A stretch of 64,000 nucleotides of DNA, from positions 106,836 through 170,835 of IMG/VR virus record IMGVR_UViG_3300001336_000001, one strand, 5' to 3'. The translations under genes and the position numbers were made by a program. This document shows, one piece after another, positions 26,372-35,848 of the stretch (position 1 is the first letter of the stretch; every line of letters begins with the position of its first letter). The DNA comes from a virus. Its lineage: Duplodnaviria; Heunggongvirae; Uroviricota; Caudoviricetes. A model generated the notes under the pieces. It had not been told where the DNA came from. It saw only the letters and a list, made by a program, of their open reading frames with translations, and searched no databases.

Positions 26372-27316
26372 TTATTTTTTGAACATTTTAGCTGATTTTA
26401 ATAATTTAATAACACCTATACTACCTAATCTTTGAAATATTGAGGAGGAATCGTGTCCCTCTGGTGGTATACATAGTTTTATTCTACCGTGTAATCTACC
26501 AAAATTTAACTCATTGTATATCTCAATAGAATTTTCGAAAGCGTCTGGGTCTAAAACTATTACTATATCAGCATTTGATTTTTCCAATAATAAATTCTTT
26601 ATCTTTCTAGGGAGTGTTTTACCTAGTAAACATAAGGAGTTTGGTGTAACTATATGGTCAAATGGACCCTCCACTAAATATATTGTGGCATCAAAATTAA
26701 TTCGATTTTCATTGAAAACAATGTTTTGTTTTTCAACATCTGGGTTTAAATATTTTGGTTTAACCCATTTTGTGAATGTCCTAGACACAAAAAAGTTTAA
26801 GTCACCATATTCATCATAAGATGGGATTATAATTCTGTTCTTATATTTACCCTCGTAAGCATACCCAATGTTGTATTCTTTAATGATTTCATCAGTAATA
26901 CCCCTGTCTTTTAAGTATTGTTTTGCGTAATTGTAATATTGTTTTGTTGAATTGTTTTTACTTAATGGTATAAACTCAATGGGTAATGATATTTGTATAT
27001 TTTCATCACTAACTATATTTGTTTCATAGTTATTTTCTGGTTTTACTAACTCATAATCACGTAGTATATTTTTATTACCATGCCTCTTTATGAGTTTTTC
27101 TATTGGGCCATGCATATTGTTTGTATCGGCGCAGACCCAACACTTAAATACACCTTTTTTGTAATTTATTTCTAATTTGCCTTTTCCATCACCTTCTGGC
27201 ATGTATTTATCAGCACTACAAGCTGGGCAGTCAAAGGATACTTGTGACCTGTTTTCGTTATGTTTTTTGTGTGAACCTAAAAAACGCTCTAATATATTTA
27301 CAATGTGACTACTCAT
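26372..27316 (-). CDS. DNA primase (zinc finger + TOPRIM)
   Basis: CPAC and CWVC Zn ligands, YLKDRGI, RIIIPSYD, KYLNP, YLVEGPFD, VLDPDA. Confidence 0.88.
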   Translation of the reverse strand: MSSHIVNILERFLGSHKKHNENRSQVSFDCPACSADKYMPEGDGKGKLEINYKKGVFKCWVCADTNNMHGPIEKLIKRHGNKNILRDYELVKPENNYETNIVSDENIQISLPIEFIPLSKNNSTKQYYNYAKQYLKDRGITDEIIKEYNIGYAYEGKYKNRIIIPSYDEYGDLNFFVSRTFTKWVKPKYLNPDVEKQNIVFNENRINFDATIYLVEGPFDHIVTPNSLCLLGKTLPRKIKNLLLEKSNADIVIVLDPDAFENSIEIYNELNFGRLHGRIKLCIPPEGHDSSSIFQRLGSIGVIKLLKSAKMFKK

Positions 27317-27321
27317 ATTTG

Positions 27322-27352
27322 CAAATATACTAAATTAATTTAAATATTCCAA
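27322..27352 (-). promoter_or_regulatory. Bacteroidota-type promoter TTG-N20-TATATTTG
   Basis: CAAATATA 27322-27329 and CAA 27350-27352; ATG only 5 nt downstream. Confidence 0.7.
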
Positions 27353-27619
27353 ATGTCATCTCTATTCATTACTGCTCTAATACGAATGTACGTGTCAGTC
27401 AGGCTTTTTTTAATTCATAAGGGTATTTTCTCATATTTTTCTATAAAATATTTACCTATTAATCAGTTAACTTTAGGTGGTGAGATTATAATGAACTGGC
27501 CTAATATATCAGAAATAGCATTACATTTTGGATTATCTAAAAACTGTTATAAGTCAATATATAATGCATGTCGAAAACAAAGTGTTTATAAACAATATAA
27601 GTGGGTGTGGGTTATTTAG
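27353..27619 (+). pseudogene. NUMOD1-like DNA-binding domain remnant (decayed homing endonuclease?)
   Basis: PINQLTLGGEIIMNWPNISEIALHFGL..SIYNACRK..YKQYKWVW follows the NUMOD1 pattern; no nuclease domain. Confidence 0.5.
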
Positions 27620-28262
27620 AGTACCATTTACCTATTTTATTCATATACCCAAGGCAACATGTATACGAGTCACACATGTCGAAATTTTCTTTTTTAAGTT
27701 TACCTTTTTTATCGAATAACCACACTATTTGTGGTTCTGTTTCAGAAACTTTTTCCCATATCACCATTTTTTTATCGACTTCTGTGTCGTATGCACCGAA
27801 TAAAACTGGTTTTGATTTTTCTAATTGTTTTAGTGGGTATGGTTCGCCACGTCTATTGTGTGTCCTAACGGACATTAATTCTGGATAAGCATATTTTCTA
27901 GAATCATAAGACGATATGTATTCTGGTATAACACCTAAAACATCGTAAACTGAGCGACTAATGATACCATTAAATCTTAATAGTGTCCCCACGGTGTTAA
28001 CATTATTTGAGCGAAGTAGTGGTTCTTCGATTATTACCCTAGTAATACCAAAATCTTTATATTTCATTAAGAATTCCTCTTCAAATATTTTGGTTTTTTC
28101 AAATAGTTCTTGCATTTTATTTTCTGGTTTAGGTTTAACCACTGGCGTTACGTGGTGTAATAATCTTAATATACCATTATCTCCTAAATCTTCAAATAAG
28201 GCAATACCAATTGTTTTTGTTGAGACATCTAAACCTAATATATAATTTTTTTCACTACTCAT
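27612..28262 (-). CDS. ruvC: RuvC-like Holliday junction resolvase
   Basis: ILGLDVSTKTIGIALF, VIIEEPL, FDMCDSYTC. Confidence 0.8.
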   Translation of the reverse strand: MSSEKNYILGLDVSTKTIGIALFEDLGDNGILRLLHHVTPVVKPKPENKMQELFEKTKIFEEEFLMKYKDFGITRVIIEEPLLRSNNVNTVGTLLRFNGIISRSVYDVLGVIPEYISSYDSRKYAYPELMSVRTHNRRGEPYPLKQLEKSKPVLFGAYDTEVDKKMVIWEKVSETEPQIVWLFDKKGKLKKENFDMCDSYTCCLGYMNKIGKWYSK

Positions 28263-28321
28263 ATAATATTTTAATTTATAGTTAATAATATAACTAATTT
28301 TAAAATAATATAAATACTAAA

Positions 28322-29524
28322 TTAATATTCTATAGATAAATTAAACACTACTAAATCGTCAGATGGTTTATAATACGTTCTATTTGTCTTAGCAATAGCG
28401 ATTAAATCACCAGTAGAATCTAATAAACCAATTTCTGTAATTCTAGGTACAGTACCACTACTGAATGTGTTGTTATCACTAATTGTAAATTCATTCCTAT
28501 CAGCAATACATGTCACTTTTTGTGAAACTGAATTAACGTAACTATTAAAAGTTATTGTTATTGCAGTTGATGATGGGTCCATTAAATCGAAATTATTAAC
28601 AATATCTGGCTCGGTAATAACAATGAATCCTTTATCTAAGTACGCAATACCAACGGACTTGTCAACAATTGAATTGGTATTTGGGTTAGTTCTAAAGTTG
28701 TATAGACGTTTATTGTTAGATGAAAATGGTCTTTGAGTGGCGTAACCAGTTGCCCAACTTCTACTTATATCGTTATTTGGTCTTCTTATGTCATCACTAA
28801 ACAATAGTGCTCTATTTGGACCTAGGTGTATTAAATTTCTAGATGTATCAGTTGGTCTACCATCTTCTTGCGCTAATGTATTATTTTTATTTTCATAAGT
28901 ACTATAAATAGTGTAAGATTTTAATGGTGTTGTTATGTCAACACGTAAACTCTTACCATCTAATAGTTCACCATAAACCGCAGTATTTAAACCTATAACT
29001 AAAATATTTTCAGATGATAAACCACTTAACGCTGTGTCGGAAAAACCACCATTTTGTGACGTAACTGAGGTGTATTTTAACGCTTCGCTGTTATTAATTG
29101 GTAAATTAAAGGATTTGAAAAGGTTAACATATCTATCCGTGTTAATATTGTTTCTATTAACAATTAATTGTGTGATGGCACCGCTACCATATGTGACTGT
29201 TGAATACCCAATTGGTTTAGCAACCGATGTTATTGTACTTGAAACACTTTGTACTGGTTTTTCAGAAACACCCCCTCTATAAATTAGTCTACTAGTTAAT
29301 TGGTAACCCGAACCACCATTGTTTATGGACAAACCGAAATTATCACCAGAAATATCTGGTACTTCACCAAACGACAACCCCTCAAACACATTGTAATTGG
29401 CATCAGAATCACCAAGTATGAAGTTAGTAATAGTCAACCCTCTTCCGTTTGCTAGTTTTTGTCTACCAGATGGAGTTAATTTACCCTTTATTTCTACACT
29501 TGTACCACTATCTATAAATCCCAT
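28322..29524 (-). CDS. Virion structural protein with split DUF3751/P2 gpH-N-like termini
   Basis: N-terminal KLTPSGRQKLA..ITNFILGDSD; C-terminal RITEIGLLDSTGDLIAIAK. Confidence 0.55.
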   Translation of the reverse strand: MGFIDSGTSVEIKGKLTPSGRQKLANGRGLTITNFILGDSDANYNVFEGLSFGEVPDISGDNFGLSINNGGSGYQLTSRLIYRGGVSEKPVQSVSSTITSVAKPIGYSTVTYGSGAITQLIVNRNNINTDRYVNLFKSFNLPINNSEALKYTSVTSQNGGFSDTALSGLSSENILVIGLNTAVYGELLDGKSLRVDITTPLKSYTIYSTYENKNNTLAQEDGRPTDTSRNLIHLGPNRALLFSDDIRRPNNDISRSWATGYATQRPFSSNNKRLYNFRTNPNTNSIVDKSVGIAYLDKGFIVITEPDIVNNFDLMDPSSTAITITFNSYVNSVSQKVTCIADRNEFTISDNNTFSSGTVPRITEIGLLDSTGDLIAIAKTNRTYYKPSDDLVVFNLSIEY

Positions 29525-29548
29525 TTTATTTTGTTTTTATCTTAATTA

Positions 29549-31696
29549 TTAAAAGTCCATTGAAAATTCTAGTAGGACTGAATTACCAGGTATCAATTTA
29601 ACTGGTCTGGAGAATTTACCAATCATTACTAAATCACCAGTATTATCATATACCCCACACTCAGTTATTTTTAAGTTTGGTGGGTTTGTAGTTAAATCTG
29701 TATCCCTAGTAGGGTTTGTTGTAAATTTAAATAAATCCGCTGATATATTTAGACTGAATATTGTTTTATAAATAGATGCACCAATATATGTGTCTATGTT
29801 ACCATAGAAAAACCTTTCGTCACCAAATTGTAATAGGTTAGGATTTGAGTTTGTTGGCATATTAAGTGTATCCATTATACTAAATATAGTATCACCTAAT
29901 GTAGTTGGTATATCCAATATAAACCCTAGTGAATTTGGGTTTTGATTTTCTAATATTTCTGGGTCAATAGTTTCACCTAAGTTTAATGTTAACCCACTAG
30001 TTGTATAATTATGTTCTAACCAACCATCTGATGTTGGTCTTTCGTTATTAGGTAATATTTGATATAAAACCTTAAAGTCTGTAGCGTAAAACCCTAGACC
30101 ATCATAGTTTGGTGATTCTATTTTTCTCATGTATGGTAATAAGTCAACATCAGAAATTTTGAATTGAACGTCTTTTGCTCCAGATGTGTTATTAGCCATT
30201 ATTGTGTAGTATTGGCAAGGTAAACTACTAGTTAACCCAGACATGTTATTATTCTCTAACACATAAGTTAACCACATCACCTCATTTGGTTGTAGAACAC
30301 CAGATGATAAACCACCAGATGGTGCCGATAAATTAGCAGTTAATGGTGGTAATGTCCAGTTTCTGTTAGACTTGTATGATATTGCAGCAATAATTTCATC
30401 ATCATCAAAAACAACAATTTTTAATTGTGGAAATACTTTACCAACAACTTTAGGTGTACCATTAACTAATTGTGGGTCCTCTATTAAATCAACATATTCA
30501 ATATCTGTCCCACTAATTGTTTTAATTTCACCACTACTAATAAAAACCATACCCATTGTCGTACCACTACTAGTGTTAACCCCCCTTCTGTGATACATTA
30601 TTGTTGGTATTATAACTGTTAAATTTTTATTACTTGTACTATCTATAAATAGAAATTCACCATAATAATTAGAAATTGTGTTATTGGTATAGTGCAATAT
30701 TGATATTGATTTTCTAACTGAATCAACAATTGATTGACCTGGTACATCACAAACATCAATTTCAACATCAATAGCCTCTGAACAACTATAATTCAAAAAT
30801 GGATATTTTTGACCCAAATAAGACCATGAACCGAATTTTTCATAACTTTCATTAGGTGTTGATGCTACGTTATTAATACCAGTACCCGTCATACCTATTA
30901 TGTTTTCACACCAAACATTATTCATATTCCACACTGGTACATCACCACAAGATGTATAACAACAATTATCAAATGATAACGTATTAGTGTTCCAGTATGG
31001 CATTGTTGATGTTTCACCAAATGCTTCATACACTTCACCTTGTGGGTAAATAATATAACAAGTATCACCACTAAAATTAGATAGGTTTGGTAATAACCTG
31101 TCTAATTCAACACTAGTTGTGCCAGATGTTTGTATTTTGTACCAAATATTTGGTATTGCTAAATCGTTGTTATTTACTGGTATATTTCCAGAGCTACTAT
31201 TAGTTGGTTTTAATAATATAAAATCACCCTCATTATACGTTACACCAGTTGTTCCAAAGTCTAATGTTGTACCACCAGTTATATTTATATTGGATACACA
31301 ACCAGATGTTACAATATATTCTTCACTCATTAATGTTTCATATGTTGTACCAGTTGTTCCACTGAAAAACCCCCTTTCTATCGCTTTGTTATTAACAATA
31401 GCCTTTATTGTTTGTATCTGACTAGGGTTTAATGGATTTGTTGGTGTGGCCCCATCTGTTGTTACGAAAGATGATATGTTCGGTTGCATATCAACAGGTC
31501 TTAATACTTTACTATAACCCGATAATTGTGGGTCACTTTGGTAATCATCAACAATTTCTTCTCTATTATAATTTATTTCTGAATCACCAATACCCCAAGC
31601 GGTAAAATTCAATCTACCCTCAGCTAATTTTCTTCGACCTGTATCTGTTAGTTTTAGGTTTATAAACCCACCTGTATTATTAATTATGTAGCTCAT
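29549..31696 (-). CDS. Virion structural protein, paralog of 28322..29524
   Basis: N-terminal KLTDTGRRKLA..FTAWGIGDSE; C-terminal KITECGVYDNTGDLVMIGK; TATTTATA at 31701-31708. Confidence 0.55.
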   Translation of the reverse strand: MSYIINNTGGFINLKLTDTGRRKLAEGRLNFTAWGIGDSEINYNREEIVDDYQSDPQLSGYSKVLRPVDMQPNISSFVTTDGATPTNPLNPSQIQTIKAIVNNKAIERGFFSGTTGTTYETLMSEEYIVTSGCVSNINITGGTTLDFGTTGVTYNEGDFILLKPTNSSSGNIPVNNNDLAIPNIWYKIQTSGTTSVELDRLLPNLSNFSGDTCYIIYPQGEVYEAFGETSTMPYWNTNTLSFDNCCYTSCGDVPVWNMNNVWCENIIGMTGTGINNVASTPNESYEKFGSWSYLGQKYPFLNYSCSEAIDVEIDVCDVPGQSIVDSVRKSISILHYTNNTISNYYGEFLFIDSTSNKNLTVIIPTIMYHRRGVNTSSGTTMGMVFISSGEIKTISGTDIEYVDLIEDPQLVNGTPKVVGKVFPQLKIVVFDDDEIIAAISYKSNRNWTLPPLTANLSAPSGGLSSGVLQPNEVMWLTYVLENNNMSGLTSSLPCQYYTIMANNTSGAKDVQFKISDVDLLPYMRKIESPNYDGLGFYATDFKVLYQILPNNERPTSDGWLEHNYTTSGLTLNLGETIDPEILENQNPNSLGFILDIPTTLGDTIFSIMDTLNMPTNSNPNLLQFGDERFFYGNIDTYIGASIYKTIFSLNISADLFKFTTNPTRDTDLTTNPPNLKITECGVYDNTGDLVMIGKFSRPVKLIPGNSVLLEFSMDF

Positions 31697-31753
31697 ATTT
31701 TATAAATATCTTTATTCTATTATTTTTAACTATAAATATTCAAAAGTAAATAA

Positions 31754-33190
31754 TTAGTACCTATTTACAGAATTTGTTTTTAATTTTATTTTAGTCGTAT
31801 CACTATATGTGGTGCTAGTTAAAATTTGACCACACAATGTTTCGTAATTTTTATCATTTCTAACCCTATAATACAACACATCATTATAACTAGCGTTAAG
31901 ATTTACTGGTAAAAAATAAGAATTTTGACCAATAACGTATGGTATTGTATCCAATTTTATAATATTGTTAAAGTTAATATCAGATGCTATTTCTAAAGTG
32001 AAAGAACCATTATTCACTAAAAATGGTGTCTCAACACTCCATGCGAATATTGGTGTGTCGGTTAGTATTTCATCAACTATATTCGTAAATGAATTATAAT
32101 AAACGTTAATTATGTCCCCCTCAATTATATCACCCTCTAATATGATTCGTTTAGGTTTAGATGAGGATTGGTAATAATCAATATTATTTGCTAATACAGC
32201 ACCATTAATCGTGACAATTATATCATTTTGAGTTAATGGGTCACTATCTATGTATATTTCATATTTACCAGTTGTTGAGTTTAAATAATAATCATTAACA
32301 CCCTGACCACCTTGTGGTCCAGATGGGATTTTAGTATCAACATTAATCGTTTTGGTTATTAACGTATTATTACCACCAGTTGATATATATGATATTGTTA
32401 ATATATCACCTAAAACACCAGGTGAAACCAATTCAATAAGGTATGTTGTTACTGAACCGTTTGTTATTGTGGATACTGTGTAATCAAAATATTCAGCTAA
32501 AACCAACCCATTTAATGCAACAATATAACCACTTTGACTTTCTGGTACTTGTATTTGTGTTTGGTTATTAACTAAATCATATGAAACACTTCTTAGTGTG
32601 TTAATCGTTATTGGTGTGTTTGTGCCAACACCTAATGTTGGTTTTTCTGGTTTAGATATAACTATAAAATAATAATCCCTATCGTCTTGGTAATAACCGT
32701 ATTCATCACCACTGACAAATAAAGATGTGTCATATGTAGTATTTAAATATGACATAAATTCAGTGGAAAAAGTATTAGTAAAATTACCCTTAATAATATA
32801 TTCACCATCAACATTTAACTCATTAATAGGTACAGTGGTGTTGATTGTTGTTGTACCACTAATTTGTGACCAATCAAATTGTTCTGAATTATATATCGGT
32901 ACTCGGTTAAACCCATTAATATTTGGGTTGTACCTGTGTATTGAGTATCTAAATTTTGATTGGTTTTCATTAAAAAATGATGAATTATCCCCATTAAAAA
33001 TTATATTTAATGGTATTTCTGTTTCATTTGAAACTGAATAAACACCAGTATCACCAATGGTTATATCAGTTATACTACAATTTATTTTTGTGGCACCAGA
33101 AACCTCAAATTTGGGTCTAACAAATTCATTAAAGTCAGAACTTAAACCGAACATAACACCTACACTATTTCTATTTAAGCAATTACTCAT
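31754..33190 (-). CDS. Putative virion structural protein
   Basis: 478 aa, beta-rich; two VALNGLVL/VTINGAVL..IDY repeats typical of baseplate/tail beta modules. Confidence 0.55.
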   Translation of the reverse strand: MSNCLNRNSVGVMFGLSSDFNEFVRPKFEVSGATKINCSITDITIGDTGVYSVSNETEIPLNIIFNGDNSSFFNENQSKFRYSIHRYNPNINGFNRVPIYNSEQFDWSQISGTTTINTTVPINELNVDGEYIIKGNFTNTFSTEFMSYLNTTYDTSLFVSGDEYGYYQDDRDYYFIVISKPEKPTLGVGTNTPITINTLRSVSYDLVNNQTQIQVPESQSGYIVALNGLVLAEYFDYTVSTITNGSVTTYLIELVSPGVLGDILTISYISTGGNNTLITKTINVDTKIPSGPQGGQGVNDYYLNSTTGKYEIYIDSDPLTQNDIIVTINGAVLANNIDYYQSSSKPKRIILEGDIIEGDIINVYYNSFTNIVDEILTDTPIFAWSVETPFLVNNGSFTLEIASDINFNNIIKLDTIPYVIGQNSYFLPVNLNASYNDVLYYRVRNDKNYETLCGQILTSTTYSDTTKIKLKTNSVNRY

Positions 33191-33434
33191 TGTAAGATAT
33201 ATTTAATTCAGTAAAATTTTTATTATTATTTATAGATAACCCCATGTTATTATTAGTTTCAACCACCTCACTATTTATAACTTGTTTTAAGTTTAAAACA
33301 AAACCCTCAAACCCAAAAGTTGATATATGGTTACATATTGTTTCGTGAACGGTAAATGTAATATTAGTATTAGTACTTATTGTTGTACCAATCGGTTCTA
33401 ACACCTCAAACGATATGTTATTTATTAATTGCAT
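33183..33434 (-). CDS. Hypothetical protein
   Basis: 83-aa ORF coupled to both neighbours. Confidence 0.6.
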   Translation of the reverse strand: MQLINNISFEVLEPIGTTISTNTNITFTVHETICNHISTFGFEGFVLNLKQVINSEVVETNNNMGLSINNNKNFTELNISYNE

Positions 33435-34648
33435 TATCTTTTAGGTTTAATCAACATATTTGCTTCAATCACACCAATAGGATTTATATCACTTATAACT
33501 ACAGGTTTAACTAATCTTATAAACTTACCTTTACTAACAAACACGTTAGTTATTTCACAACCGTCTTCAGTTTTGATATTAATGATGGGTTTAACATCCC
33601 AAATATCTGAATGTCCAAATAACCCTGTGTTATTGTGTACCTGGTTTGTGTAATAACCAACACAATTGGTTTGAATAGGTTCTGGTGCTGAAATTGGTAT
33701 TAACCAATCTATTCTAAGTGTGTTGGTGTCTAATTTGGTGACTTCAAATGTTATACCGAAAGTATTAACACCATATGGTTTTGCTGAATAATTTAATTCT
33801 ATTGAAATAGGTATATTTGATGTGTCAGTAACTTTAACTATTTGACTATAAATTCTATTTGTTAAGTCCCAAGTTTCATTAGCAACATTACAATCAGTAG
33901 CTTTGGATTGGGTGATTAAAATATTAGTGTCGGTTATTACACCACTATCCTCACAATTGATAGTGTTTTCTGGTTCCACATTAATTTCCAATATTCTACC
34001 AATAAACTCTGAATTACAATAATTGGTCATTGTCCAAACACAGTCACAATATTGGTTTGTTGGGCAACTAAAGAAATTCAAGTTATCAAATGGTGTTGAA
34101 TCCTCATCTGGTGTAACTGATGAGGGTAGTGAGACCTTTATGACTTCTGTTTCACAATCCTTACTTAATGCTGAAAATGGGAAATAATCAGATGGGTCAT
34201 CACATAACCATAGTGTATTACTTTTGTAGGCATATTTTGGTGTATCAAAAATGGTATTTCTGTATACATATGTCGACCCCCATATCGTTGTTGCTGGTAT
34301 AAATTGTTCAATCAAATCAACCCAATACGTTCCTATGGATTGTGTTAATAAATCCATTGAATCGTAATTAAACCCATTAGATTGATTCACACAATTGTCA
34401 TTAGTTAGGTACCTTTCATAGATTAACCTTAGTGTTGGATATGCAGTAATCGATTGTCTATTTTTAACATCTATCAATTCAGAGTAAAGCAATGTGTTGA
34501 ATTCTTGTAGTGTATTTAATTCTGTAATATCTTTAGATAATTTAACACCTAAATCAATAGCAATATCACCACAACCATTATTTTTGATTGTGAACGAATT
34601 ATTGATTAATGTAACACTACTTGATATGTTTAAACAATTATTACTCAT
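33434..34648 (-). CDS. Putative baseplate/virion protein
   Basis: 404 aa; YWVDLIEQFIPATT segment; within tail operon. Confidence 0.5.
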   Translation of the reverse strand: MSNNCLNISSSVTLINNSFTIKNNGCGDIAIDLGVKLSKDITELNTLQEFNTLLYSELIDVKNRQSITAYPTLRLIYERYLTNDNCVNQSNGFNYDSMDLLTQSIGTYWVDLIEQFIPATTIWGSTYVYRNTIFDTPKYAYKSNTLWLCDDPSDYFPFSALSKDCETEVIKVSLPSSVTPDEDSTPFDNLNFFSCPTNQYCDCVWTMTNYCNSEFIGRILEINVEPENTINCEDSGVITDTNILITQSKATDCNVANETWDLTNRIYSQIVKVTDTSNIPISIELNYSAKPYGVNTFGITFEVTKLDTNTLRIDWLIPISAPEPIQTNCVGYYTNQVHNNTGLFGHSDIWDVKPIINIKTEDGCEITNVFVSKGKFIRLVKPVVISDINPIGVIEANMLIKPKR

Positions 34649-34662
34649 AAAATATTATACTA

Positions 34663-35511
34663 TTAAAAACTTGTACCACTAACTCTTAACCAACCACTAT
34701 CGGTTTTCCAATAAAAATATTCATCATCCCAAGTAATTGAACCTGCTTCACCAATAGTGTCTGTAGTGGCTGACGGTATTGTGTTGGTTTTTTTAATAAC
34801 TGGATTTACCACATAAGCTGTATTACTTTCTCTTGCGGTTACCCCTTCCCCCCCTATTATTGCAGAGTTAGATATACCACTCAATATTATTGAGTTTTTT
34901 GACGAAATAATTGTTGGTCTAGTATTTCTAAATTGATTTGTTTGTTGCGTATCATTATTATTGTTACCTATTAGTATATCAGAATTTATACCTGAACCTA
35001 TGTTAGCAATTGAGTCAGCAACCATGTTAAGGTAATTCAAACCTTTTATCTCGTTATTTATTGCGATAAGTCTTGAAAAATCAACACCCGCTTGGTAAAA
35101 GTTTTCACCATACCCAAATAAAACTCCAGGGTTAGGACTGGAAGGATTAGTTAAAGAGCCGCTCATTGATAAATATGCTTCATTAAAACTTCCACCATCA
35201 CTTGTAATCTGTAAATAGTAATCTTCAGTTATATTATGTTCTCTAGAAAAATCAAACGTTAAATCTGTATTGGCAAAATTCGTATCTGTAAGCCCTGTTA
35301 CGGTCACAGACTCACCATCATTCCTATCTAGTGTTAACCCATCTATTGAGTAATTTCCTCCTGTTACATATGTATCACTTGAGTCCCCAGATACTACCAC
35401 CCCATTTGAGTCTATACCTAAGGTATTAATTGAGGTACCTGTACCTAATAACCCAATCAATAACGTACCATTTGTTATTTCTAGATTATTTTTAAATTTT
35501 GTATTAGCCAT
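34663..35511 (-). CDS. Short tail-fibre-like protein
   Basis: G/S/N/T-rich; C-terminal GEAGSITWDDEYFYWKTDSGWLRV fibre-tip-like motif. Confidence 0.5.
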   Translation of the reverse strand: MANTKFKNNLEITNGTLLIGLLGTGTSINTLGIDSNGVVVSGDSSDTYVTGGNYSIDGLTLDRNDGESVTVTGLTDTNFANTDLTFDFSREHNITEDYYLQITSDGGSFNEAYLSMSGSLTNPSSPNPGVLFGYGENFYQAGVDFSRLIAINNEIKGLNYLNMVADSIANIGSGINSDILIGNNNNDTQQTNQFRNTRPTIISSKNSIILSGISNSAIIGGEGVTARESNTAYVVNPVIKKTNTIPSATTDTIGEAGSITWDDEYFYWKTDSGWLRVSGTSF

Positions 35512-35845
35512 TACTTTTTTGTTTTAATATTAAATTTATTAATTCACTAATTTTATCTTTATCATTATTAGTTAAGGTTAAAAAATCCACACTAACTTGA
35601 TTAACTATACAATCTTCAAAAGGTTTGATTATGTTTATTTCTGTAAATCCATGCGAGAAGTTAGTATTGTAAAATACAGTTAAAATATTTTTATTTAAAA
35701 TATCTATTAAGTCATTTACTATTTTATTTTCTTCTTCACTAAACTCATCCATATTAATGTAAAAATGTTCTGAGTCAAATTCACCCATAATTATATTAGT
35801 GGTTTGAGGTAAAGCAGAATTAAGTGTTATATTTATATTTTCCAT
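35504..35845 (-). CDS. Hypothetical protein (possible fibre chaperone)
   Basis: 113-aa ORF between two fibre-like genes. Confidence 0.45.
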   Translation of the reverse strand: MENINITLNSALPQTTNIIMGEFDSEHFYINMDEFSEEENKIVNDLIDILNKNILTVFYNTNFSHGFTEINIIKPFEDCIVNQVSVDFLTLTNNDKDKISELINLILKQKSNG

Positions 35846-35848
35846 ATT

